A stretch of DNA of 64,000 nt, taken from assembly GCA_028534125.1 (NCBI GenBank), contig CM052817.1, positions 89,840,001 to 89,904,000 on the forward strand, read 5' to 3'. The notes under the pieces were generated by a model. That model had not been told where the DNA came from. It saw only the letters and a program-made list of their open reading frames with translations, and searched no databases. The DNA comes from Lama glama. Its lineage: Eukaryota. The translations under genes were made by a program, and so were the position numbers. Shown piece after piece: positions 26,701-37,931 of the stretch (its first letter is position 1; every line of letters begins with the position of its first letter).

Positions 26701-27443
26701 CACCACCCATGCCCTTTTACTATGATTTTAGCCTACTTTCCTATAAAAATGCATAGGTGCCATTTATTAACATTTTATATTGAATATGATTTATAACATT
26801 CTCTTTTATTAAGGACATGTCAAAAACATCAGATTTTAATGCATTGGCTATCTTCCACCATGGCACATAATTTATGTTTTATTCCACTAGTCATAAATTT
26901 GGCTATAAATTTGTGTCATGAAACTATTTTCAATAAATACACTGAAATTAATTTGTATTGACCTCAGTATTTAACAGGGATTCTGAAATATAACTATAGA
27001 TCAATAACTAATAAAATTCAAAATCACTGTTTTGACAAGTTTTTCTTTATTGGTAAATCCCATCAAACCATATATTTATTGGATACTGGAGGTGTTATCT
27101 TTTTTGTGTCTCTAGTATTGTCTTAATTTCTAGATGGTTATAAAAATAGCAAGAACCATAACATCCTTCCAGAGATACTTAAGAGACTGAAGCCTCCTGG
27201 GAAATAGACCTTCTTCAAAGATGCCCTGGACAATTTGACAATGTTGAGGACAGGGATGGGGTAATTTTTCAAATGGAAAAAAAAAAGTTTAGCCTTCTTT
27301 ATGGAACTGTATGGAGATTGTATACTTGACTGATAACTTTAAATGTATTTCTTTTCTCATTTGATAGTAATGATTTTGAAAATGAGATCATCTCTTTATA
27401 TCTTTGTCTCTTATCACCCCCTCTAGCTGGAGGTCGAGTGTCT

Positions 27444-27885
27444 TGTGAAAAAAAAAACTGTGTCAGGAATGACTGAGATGTGACCTGAGGACCTCCACGT
27501 TTGCTGCCCATGCTGGACTTTGAACACTCTAAATTAGACCTGCTGAATAGTTGCTGAGTTGCCAAAAGGACAGAATAATGCCGAGAACTGGGCTTTTCCT
27601 ACACTAAGGAAAACACACCCCTCCCCAGTAAGGAATGAGATTCATGCCGTAACCCAATCACATGTACAAAACAATTTTACCCTCCAATCCAAATTCTTGG
27701 TAAACAATTTGTGAAAGCCTGCATTAACTTCCCTCGTTTTTCCCCATAAAAACCCCTACCCATTTTCCTCTGGTGGAACACTATTCTGGGTTCCTCTCGA
27801 ATCTGAGATTCCCAAATCACAATTCTAAGACCCCCCCAAAAAACTGTTTTTTTTTCCTTATAGCTCGTGGTCCTTTCCATTGACA
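27444..27885 (+). mobile_element. ERV1-type solo LTR (442 bp) with 4-bp TSD
   Basis: TG...CA termini; GTCT at 27440-27443 and 27886-27889; CCAAT boxes and a cataaaa TATA-like motif inside. Confidence 0.85.
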
Positions 27886-28004
27886 GTCTTAGAATCGATC
27901 TAAATCAATTTTCTGTTTTATAAATAAGTATATAGAACTTCAGGAAGATTAAATTACTTAATTGAAAAATGCATGAGTTAATGAAGAACACATCTATGTA
28001 TTAA

Positions 28005-28300
28005 GTTAACAATATTTATTATACCAGATCCTCGAGCAAGTGTGGCGAGGCGATAGTGTGGTAAACAAAGCAGACACATCCTCTGTCCTCGTGGAATTTC
28101 AAGGTCTAGTGAGGAAAAGGGACGCCACCAACGAAATACCTTGTAATACGGTTACAAGTATTATTAGTACTATGGAAAAAATAAACTCCAGTTTATTTTC
28201 TGTATAACTACCAGATGTGAGCAGATACCTCATCAAGCTCAAGGAAACAGGCAAAGCTTCTGTGAGAAAACGGCTCTTTACCTCAGATAAGGAGGAAGAG
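28005..28300 (-). mobile_element. L2 3' relic with unusual CpG content
   Basis: aacaatatttatt...aaacaaagcagacacatcctctgtcctcgtggaatttcaaggtctagtgagg matches the L2 tail in antisense. Confidence 0.55.
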
Positions 28301-28399
28301 ATGTTCAGCTATCGTTCATTTCACGGTAAACTTTTTCCTGTCACGTTTTAACATTTCTCAGTTTAGGATATAACTTACTATCAGTGGAGCATCCTTGAC

Positions 28400-28670
28400 T
28401 GACAGTCTCTCTTCCTTCTCTGTCTCTGTCCCTCTCCCCTTCTCTCTCCTTTCCACCCGCGCGCGCGCTCTCGCGCTCTATCCAGCGCAGGCGCGCTCTC
28501 TCGCGAGATTGCGATCTTGTTCTCGCGCTCTCCCGGTCTCGCGCTCTCCCGGTCTCGCGCTCTCCCGGTCTCGCGCTCTCCGGTTCTCAAGCGATCTCGC
28601 GTTCTTGCCACATTCGCTGAGGTCTTCCTCAGTTCTTCCTTACTTGACAGCAACACTTAAGGTACTATTA
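28400..28670. promoter_or_regulatory. Compact CpG island / candidate promoter with BANP-type (TCTCGCGAGA) and NRF1-like motifs
   Basis: About 29 CpGs in 28458-28616 by hand count; TCTCGCGAGA at 28499-28508; GCGCAGGCGC at 28485-28494; the only CpG-dense stretch in the window. Confidence 0.7.
28521..28583. repeat. 16-bp tandem repeat TCTCGCGCTCTCCCGG, 3 perfect copies plus one 15-bp copy
   Basis: Units start at 28521, 28537, 28553 and 28569. Confidence 0.95.
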
Positions 28671-28689
28671 TAAAGCGGGAGTAAAATAT

Positions 28690-30570
28690 CACTATGTATC
28701 TATCAAAATGGTTTTAATAGTCTCAAATGCTGGCAAGGTTACAGAGAAACGTGATCACTCTGATGTTGCTGGTGGGAATGCAGTATAAAATGGTAAGCCA
28801 CTCTAGGAAAGATTTAACCAGTTTCTTATAAAATTGAATATGCACTAACCTTATGGCCCAGAAACTGCACTTTTGGGCATTTAATCCAGAGAAGATGAAC
28901 GTTTCTAACAACTTTATAGATAGCCAAACACTGGAAACAGCCGGAATGTCCTTCAACCTGTGAATGATTAAACTATGCTACACCTGTACTATGAAACACT
29001 ACCTGTTAAAAAAAATGAAGTAAACTGTTGAAATGTATATACATATTGAAGACATCTAGCAGTCAGACTCTCAGTTTCTGATGACATGCTCTGATATGAG
29101 AAGCCAAAGATCCTTGGATAAATGGCTTATTCTAGAACTGATGAAATAAATATGTAAGATGAGCCTGGAACATCTTGTATTGCCAGCAAGTGAGGAAGTT
29201 AACTAATTGTTGTTAGGAAGGAAACAAACAAACCCAAAGATGGGGGTATGTGAAAGGGACACAAGAGCCAAATAAATGAGCTCCCAAAGCTGGAACAATA
29301 AGCAAGAATATTAATAGTATTGGAATATAATCTAAAGTATAGAATAAGTACCCATGAATTTATAATGATTAAGTAAATAATCAAATAAATAAATAAATGT
29401 GGGAGAAGAGATAAATCTTCTGGAGAAGAATTCTGTGTAATTTATGCAAGCACTTTACCCTCAAGGAGGTGGCGCGTAACTCCCACTTCTGAAGAATGGA
29501 CTATTTATAGTGACTGCCTTCCTAAGAGTACCATTTTGGAAAGGAGAGAAGAAAAAAAAAAAAACTTTTCAGTGGAGAAACCTGACAAATACTACCTCAG
29601 ATGATCAAGGTTAATACCAGTGGTGATAAGTCATATTGATAGCATACACCCCTGATAAAAGAAATGAAAATGACACTTTATCTTTGTGGTCTTTCTCCCC
29701 CAAACCCGTAACCCCTGTCTGATCATGTGAAAAAAACATCAGACAAATCCAGTTGAGGGACGTTCTTCAGAATACCTTAGCAATGCTCCTCAAAACTGCA
29801 GGATTATCAAAACCAAAAAATTCTGAAAAATTGTCACAGCCAAAGGGAAACTTAGAATATCTGACAACAAAATGTAACGTGGTATTCTGAGTGGGACCCA
29901 GAAACAGAAAACATGACCTTTAGGTAAGTACTAAAAAATATAAATAAAGCATCTACTTTAATGATAATGTATCAATCTTTTCCATTAATTGTAACAACTG
30001 TCCTGTATTAATATAAGATGTTAATGTTGGGAGACTAGATGTGGGGCATGTCAGACCTCTCTGAACCATCCTCATAATTCTTCTTTAAATCTAAAGATGT
30101 CCTAAAATTTAAAAAATACATTACCAAAAAAAATTTTTAATTAAAAGCTTACATACATTCCATTTATATAATACCCTTGAAATGAGAATATTGTAGAGGT
30201 GGAGAACAATTAATGGTTGCCAGGACTTATAAAGGGAGGGAGAAGGGAGATAGCTGTGGCTATAAAAAGATGTAACAGGGGACAATTGTGATGGAATTGT
30301 TCTGTATGTTGGCTGTGGTAGTAGTGACATGATTCTACACATGCTAAAATTGTATGAAAATATACACATAAATCAGTGTGTATAAAAGCAGTGAAAACTG
30401 AATGATGTTGGTGGAGTGTATAAATGTTAACATCCTGGTTGTGATATTGCACTGTAATTATGCAAAGTGTTAACTGGCAGGAACTAGGTGAAAGATTTAC
30501 TGGAATATCTCTGCATTATTTCTTAGAATTGTATAGGAATCTACAATTATCAGTAAAGAGTTTAAATAAA
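28690..30570 (+). mobile_element. Old L1 3' ends (L1MC/MD-like), probably one nested in another
   Basis: aaatgctggcaagg...gttgctggtgggaatg (ORF2 C-terminus); 29060-30120 L1MC-like 3'UTR; 30140-30570 cattccatttatata...ctacaattatc. Confidence 0.75.
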
Positions 30571-31039
30571 ATATTATTATACCTTACAATCATGGCAATC
30601 GGTTTAATGGTATACAATAGGTGAAGTAGGATAGGGACACAGGTTGTGAAGATCTTTCTAGAGAGAGAGAAGATATCACATGCAAAAATAAGAGATTATG
30701 TTGCATTTATTGAACAAACATGAAACAGATCCCATGTGACTGGAGTTTCAGAGTCTAGGAAATAGTGATTCAATATGAGGTTGGTGGGAAATAGTGACAA
30801 TCTTGTTGAGTCTTTTAGGGCACATCAAAATTTTGTTCTTAGCTTTAAGTGCCTTTGTAAGCCAAGAAAGTGGGAGAGTTTGTTTAGCATTAACTTTTCA
30901 GCCAATACAGCCAGGGATAAATTTATATTTTAGAAATGCTGTGATATTTAGAAATGCTTATTCTTGTGAGATTAATTATATGTGCTTTTTGGCCAGATTT
31001 TTCTATATTTGTACAACAGATCCATATCCTTATTGGATA

Positions 31040-31215
31040 TTTGACCTTGAGTTAATTACTCAACCCTCCTAAACCTCAGTTTTTCATGTTATATTTACAC
31101 AGATTTGCCTACCTAGTGGTCACCAAACCCTCACGAGGATTAAACAAAATAATCCACGTGCAGTACTTAGTATAGTGTTTGGCACCTATTAACCTTTACG
31201 CAATAGCCATTAATT
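31040..31215 (+). mobile_element. MIR SINE
   Basis: tgaccttgagttaattactcaaccctcctaaacctcagtttttc...gaggattaaac...tagtgtttggcac. Confidence 0.65.
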
Positions 31216-32049
31216 TCTGTTTCTCATAGACTTTTAAGAATTATGCAACTAATATAGGTTAACTATATAAAATGTCAGAAAATAAAGATGAAATAAAATT
31301 TAATATACTTGTTATGGCACCCTGCATTTATAATCACCCTTAAATGTCCATGCACCAGTTAAATTCAGTTATAATAAAAAAGGAGGACCATGGGGAACAA
31401 CGAGGAATCTGCCATATCAGTCTTCTTCATTAATTGTAAGGGCCCAGAACAACACTTTTAATCACTGTGTCTCCAAAACAGAGAGGAGCACAAGAAATTT
31501 GCTAAATGGATGGGTAAATTAGAGATGATATATAATGGCCTTCATTTCCCCTGCAAAGTGAGGTAAGGTTTTCAACACAGAGAGGAGTGAGAAAGTGAAG
31601 GAGAGAGGATTTGAGTGGTAAATCTTTGAAATAACAGCTACAGAAATGTAAAATACATAAAAAGGATTAATGCTAAAAAAATGCTGAAGTTCCAGCTGAA
31701 TTTGAAGACCATACACGTTGACTATCACAAATTAAGTAGTTTTCCTTAATATTCTCTCCCGTTGTAGCCTAGGACTAAAATCAAAGGAATGTGTAGCCCA
31801 GTTGAGCCAGCATTAAGAGCAGGCAGAGCAAGAATGGTGAGAGTAGAAGAAATAGTAAAGGGTGTATTCCACATAAAAAGAGCATGTTATTGAAGTGGAG
31901 TAGACTGTAGATGCTTGAAAGAAAAGATAGAAACACAGATAGTGTTGGTGTATACACAGAGTCATTATAACAGGACTAAGTGAAAGAACAGAATATTAGA
32001 ATGATGAAAATGGTATATACAAATTGTTCTGTATTTCATCTTTCAACAG

Positions 32050-32067
32050 GACATTGATAAGGTTCAG
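32050..32067 (+). other. Candidate 18-nt micro-exon
   Basis: ttctgtatttcatctttcaacag|GACATTGATAAGGTTCAG|gtaagg. Confidence 0.2.
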
Positions 32068-32436
32068 GTAAGGTGTTGAATGCATTGTCTGCACTTTATT
32101 ATCTTCATATATTGTCAATTATTTGCTTTTATTCTCACATACTGTTAAATAAATTATTTATATCTAGGCCGAATTATAAATTAGAAACAACTGGTATGAG
32201 CACAAATAATTATTTATATTGCATTTTTAATAATTTATTCAATCAAAATTTTGAGTATGTTTCATAATGTATAAGTGTATTTGTATAGTACTATTTTATC
32301 AAATATATAAATAGGTAAACATAAAAATATTGAGAGTACATATCACGATATGTTTAACAATTGGTTGCACAATCAGAACGGATTTGATATTAGTATCCAA
32401 GAGGATGAAAGAGCAGGTGTCAGTAGGTTTAATTAG

Positions 32437-32767
32437 TGTAAAAAATTGAACAGAAACCTCAATTAAATAGAGTTGAGCTACCAGAAGGGGGAGCTTCCAC
32501 ACCCTGAAATGAAAGCAGAGCCCAACAGGAGAAATAGACTCTTCTTTCCTGGCAAGTGCTCAGTCATTGAAAAGCCGTGGACTTTTTGCTTATTAACTTC
32601 TTTCAACTTTCTTTTCCTCTCTATGAAAATTTTCTCTTTCTCTTGTTGTAGGGGGACTTGCATGTAGCTCACCATGGTTACATATCCCTAATTGCAGTTC
32701 TTTGCTAATCCCAAATAAACCCATCTTTGCTGAGTAATATCTGGTAGATTTTTGTTTCAGGACAACA
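32437..32767 (+). mobile_element. ERV1-type solo LTR (331 bp) with 4-bp TSD
   Basis: TG...CA termini; TTAG at 32433-32436 and 32768-32771; AATAAA near 32714. Confidence 0.85.
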
Positions 32768-33972
32768 TTAGATACTAACAAGAAAGTAAATATTAGAGAA
32801 GAATTAAGTTGGAGATATGGAATAGTTATTGGAAATTAACTCTGATTTTAGATTTAACCTGATATATTTATTCAGGAAAAAATTATACTTTCTTTAATGA
32901 CCACAGAACACCTTTCAAAAGAAATATAAAAAGAAAAAAAGATTAAATTACATTTAAAAAGAGGGCCAGCCTGGGCAATATAAACAAATAAACAATAAAG
33001 AAACAATAAATACATAAACACACATGCCCCTAAAGAAATCATTTACCCTCTCTGAGTCTTAATTTCCTCATCTGGAAATGAAAATTATTGGCTTCTATTT
33101 CTAGTCAGAATTTTGTCCCAAAAACTCTTTAAGACAGCATAAGAAATAAGTATGATAAAATGATTTTTTCTTAATTTAAGAAAAATCTGAATGAAGGGAA
33201 AAAAGAAGTCAATTAGATGATGCCAGGAGAAACAATCCTGCCTATGAATAGGATTATTAATATATATATTTTTTTTACTGTGAAATTATTTTGTAAGTCA
33301 TTGTACAAATGCAAAGAGTTGTTTTTATTATTAAATATGTGAAAGAAGAAAGCTCAGAGGCTTTAGTATGTAGAGAGCTGTTGTTTCTAACATCAGCCCT
33401 GAAGTATCACAGTATGACTTAAGCTTCTGTTAAGGCAAGAAATAAGCAAAGGTTTTAGGAAGATGCCTTTAGTCCTTTTTACTCTCACACACAAAAATGA
33501 CACAATTCTTTAAAACAAAATAAATGTTACTGATGTAGCAGATCATCTCTAGAGGAAAAGAATATAAAGAGCAACGAAGCTGTAGTGGCAATAGGAGAAA
33601 GACTTAGATGGAATGGCCAGATAAGCCACAAGTTTGAACCAAAGGAAATTTGTTGGAAATGATTGAGTCAGTCTTTTTATCTTGTACACAGCTGGTCAAA
33701 GGAATAAACGACTTCCAAAAATATAATCACTTGCTATTCTTATACTCATATAAAAAGAGAAAGACTTCAAGTGGCTAAGATCCTTTTCAGACTTTCAATC
33801 ACGTATATATGACACTACTTTCTTATTGATTTACTTTATTTTTTTGAGATTGAATTTTCTGTCTATATGGATTTTTTTTCATACTGTATATATAAAGCAT
33901 AGTGTAGCATACATATACAATTAAATTATATGCATTTCTTGGTATTTTGGAAGTGGTATCTATAGCCAAAAA

Positions 33973-34006
33973 TGTGTGTGTATGTGTGTGTATGTGTGTG
34001 TGTATG
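33973..34006. repeat. Interrupted (TG)n microsatellite
   Basis: tgtgtgtgtatgtgtgtgtatgtgtgtgtgtatg. Confidence 0.85.
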
Positions 34007-35074
34007 TAATTATCATTACTAGCATTTTTGGTACTATTTATTCATATAGTTGAACAGCAAAAAAGGAAATATCTTAAGACACAGTGTCTATAAAGATGTG
34101 ACAGTTTAAAATTTTTAAAAATTTAATATTTAAAAATAACATTTAATGAAATGTTATTTGCATTCTTTTTTTACCCTTTTTTGAGTTGTAATAATTTTGT
34201 CCAGCTAAATACTGTAATAGTTTTATAATCCTTTATTTACCATTACTTTATAATTATATTTTATATGACTTTACCATCCACTTACTATTATTTAAAAGGA
34301 CATTATCAATGAGCACCACTAAAGCAAATTTCTATGGTGCACATACCTATTTGTCTTTTTGTGAACTTGTAGTCATAATCTAATTGTGAGCATTATTTGA
34401 ATGAGCTAAACTCTGGAAATGTTCTGTGATATTTTGTCATATTTTTTTTTCTTTCTCCTGATTATACATTGAATAATAGAACTACCAATTCTGAACATCT
34501 TTCCCAGAGTAGCTATTCAAATGTAGCCAGCAGATGTCTCTCTTAGACTCATCCAATCAATACAATGTGTTCCTTTCTCCTCCTTGAGTTGGAACTCATC
34601 ACACAATTCAACTTTGTTTGGGACATTAGGATATAATGTTACTCATCTGGTACTTGTTCCTTGAGGTACTGTCAGTATAATTTAAACAGACTGCTAAATG
34701 TTGAGATGACCTAATTTACAAAACAAGGAGGAAAAAACAGTTCTTTTTTCTTTAGAGAAGTAACTCTGCTTGGTTCAACAATTAAACTATTAGACATAGT
34801 GAGGCTAAATGGTTAAAAATAATATCAACTAAAGCAAAAACGATATAATTCACATCTGTGAAGAAAAGGAATAGGTTTATTGAGGAAATAGATGACATAT
34901 ATACAGCATTGTGCAATATTTGTGTACATACAGATCTGGTATGCTCTGTATTTGTTAAATTCTGATCTATCAAATAACGAAGAAAAACATAAGAATTGAA
35001 ATTGTATCTGTAATCAGTTGTATGTATGCATAATATGGTGGTTAGAATTTAAAGGCATGTTCACCTTTGTTTCT

Positions 35075-35228
35075 GTTTGTATGTAGTGTTTAGGTCTTTA
35101 ATCCATTTTGACTTTATTTTTGTATATGGTGTTAGAGAATGTTCTAACTACATTGATTTACGTGTAGCTGTCCAGTTTTCCCAGCACCACTTATTGAAGA
35201 GACAGTCTTTTCTCCATTGTATACTCTT
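35075..35228 (-). mobile_element. Short L1 ORF2 fragment
   Basis: tttaggtctttaatccattttgactttatttttgtatatggtgttag...ccagcaccacttattgaagagac. Confidence 0.85.
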
Positions 35229-36089
35229 AAAGCCATGTTCAATTCCTGATGTTGTTTCTTCCCTCTATAGATGTTTCTACTACTGTATGTTAGCGAAGTA
35301 ATTTAGTCCATATGCTTCTTTTGCACTTATACTGTGTCATGAATTGTAATCAAACTTAACAAATGATAATTCATATTTATAAAATTATTGAAAGTTATGA
35401 GTCAGTTTTTAAAGCTTCATTACTTTCTGTATGTCATTTTTCTGTAAGATTTATCCTTTTTGTTTTGCTTTGTTTTTATTACTGGTTGTAAATTCTACAA
35501 ATAGCTATTGAAAAACCTGACATGCAAGTATGCATCCACATTTCCAGAAGTGGAAAATAGCAATTTTTTATACAAATACTAACTTTTCTTAAAATTGGCA
35601 CTGCTCTTTAAATCTGAGTTGGATGATTCTATTTGTTGGTTTTAGTAGTCATTTTTAATCATTTTCACAAACAGAACTCATTGTCTCCTGCCACCCTTGT
35701 GTTTTTCATTAAAATTTTATGTTTTATAGCTAAAATTATTTCATCCATCTCTTCCATTTTTCAATCAAAGTATTTATAAATATACTTTGACTTTCTAAGT
35801 CAAATAGGTAATATATACTTATGGGAAATGTTAAATAACATTGGCTTATTTATTAGTTGGCTTCCTCCCATTGCTATCTGCCATTTCCCCAATTTCACTA
35901 CCCATAGACAGGTTTTGATAATAATTTTTGCTTTATAAAGGTATTGGATGCATTTTAAACATATTTAACTTCCTTTGAATACAAATGATAGAATACCACA
36001 TTGTAGGAAAATGAAAACTAACAATCACACAAAGACCTGGTTAAAGCCGCATCTTCATTTACTCTGTGCATACATCTGAGCATCTGGAA

Positions 36090-36685
36090 CATGGCTAGGG
36101 GGAAACATACAATCATACTCATTGGTCTCACTTTACCAAACTCAACTAAGCCCTTAATTGTACTTGGCAAACATACACTTTTTCTTTAATCCAGTCACTT
36201 TCTCAGTCCCCAAGGTGACTATTTCATATTTCCTCCCGCTTCATAAATTTCCAAAATATCCTATTTCACTCTCAGCTGATGACTTTGTTCCTACTTCACT
36301 GAGAAACCAGAAATGAGAAGAGAATTTTTCACCTTTAATAACCACACCTACACCTGTCTCAGGTACTCTGCCTTCTTCCCTGTTATTCTAGATGAGTTTC
36401 TTGCATTCCTAGCAAATATTTATTACTCATTTGTGTAGTAGATCATATCCTCTCTTGTCTACATGGGCTAGATTCTGGTAAATCTTCTCTTTTTCTGCTA
36501 TGTCACTAATTGTTACCTCCCTATTTAATTATTTTCATGATGTTATTTCTGTTATTTAAAACACAATTCTATAAACAAACCTCTCTTGATCCAGTTTCCT
36601 CTTTAACTGTTGTGTCTTTTGTCCCTTCATTTATAACAAAGTTATTTGTCATCAAGTTTACCCTCCTCTACTGTCTTGAATCTAA
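36090..36685 (+). mobile_element. L2 relic
   Basis: cactctcagctgatgactttgttcctacttcactgagaaa and tagatcatatcctctcttgtctac are L2 hallmarks. Confidence 0.65.
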
Positions 36686-37931
36686 TTATATATGGTAAAT
36701 ATAATTATATTTATTATTATATATTATAAACTAATATAATTTATAATTATAATCAGTGGATTGGAAAAACAAGACATTTCTAATAAGTTGATTTACATAT
36801 TATTCATATTATTTAGATATTTTATATCCTTAATTATTATTTTGGGTTTGCTTGATATTTCTTCAGTAAAGAAAGAGGTAAAATAATGCCTGTTACTATT
36901 CTTGTTACTATTCCTGTGTAACTTCTTTTAAAATGTTGGCTGTTTTTATTTTCCCTGATTATAAAATCTATAAAGTCAGATTATAGAGAACTGGGAAACA
37001 GAGAAAGCTAAAATTATGACAATATTATCTATGATTCTAGAAACATATTAGTGTTAAACAGATACTTTCTCTCACATACATTCATATGTGCATGCACACA
37101 CACAAATACAAACTTGAAATCATAGTGAAAATTCAACCTTGTTTCAACCTCTTATTCAGTTATGTGCTAGCAATCACCTCTATGATTTTTTTAATCACAG
37201 TGTTAATACATGAATAGCATTCTTCTATATGAGAATAATGTTGCTGATAATTTAGGTTTTCTACTTGTAAATTGAATAAGCATGACTCATGGAATACATA
37301 TATTTTGGTTAGCTTCCTGTCTCTGAATAAATTTTGAGCAAGATTTTGGTTCTTCTCAGAACTATCAGTAATAAAAATACCCACAGTAATGTAGTCTTAT
37401 AAAATACTGTGCTCTTTTGATCACTGTTATGATCAAAACTCTGAAGTTGTTTAAATGTTAACTGAGTGGCTTCTCAGGAAATAGTGGAAACATTTTTTTC
37501 TTCTATCTTTTCCAACTTAAGCTTCTACATCTCATTTTTCATTTATTGTGGTTTCTGACCAGTTCATGGGGCACCTTAACACCTGCTGTTTCATATGCTT
37601 AGGTGAATGCACTCTTTTCTGGAAGTCACTTAGTCCCACCTTAGACACTAGGAATCCTGCATTTCAGTTCCACTTTCACCTTTGCTGTAGGCTATTTGCT
37701 CCTCTTGATGGTTTATAGGACAAAATTAGAAAGATGATAACCTCCCCCAAAACTTCTTTCCTTCTGGCTCATGCATAACTTTGAGGTTCTTTGTATGGAC
37801 AAACTCTGAGAGTGGACACTGGTCCCACAGCATTAGTGACTCTGTTCCAGAGTATCTGGCCAGTGTGTTGTCTTTTGCTCTGGATTTCCAGAAGTGCACA
37901 AAAACACAAATCACACTGTCGCCTCCAAATA

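Noticed and set aside
28521..28583. CRISPR-like appearance of short repeats
   Set aside because: Head-to-tail units with no spacers in mammalian DNA; a minisatellite
28381..28673. Overlapping 91-aa and 92-aa ORFs across the CpG island
   Set aside because: Low-complexity Arg/Ala/Ser peptides produced by the CT/CG repeats, with non-ATG starts; a by-product of stop-codon depletion
30928..30958. Short direct repeat TTTAGAAATGCT x2 (similar small duplications near 25187-25230 and 36890-36914)
   Set aside because: Ordinary slippage duplications with no further structure
3168..34537. Identical 13-mer AGCCAGCAGATGT at 3168 and 34525
   Set aside because: Repeated 13-mers are expected by chance in 64 kb and the flanks are unrelated
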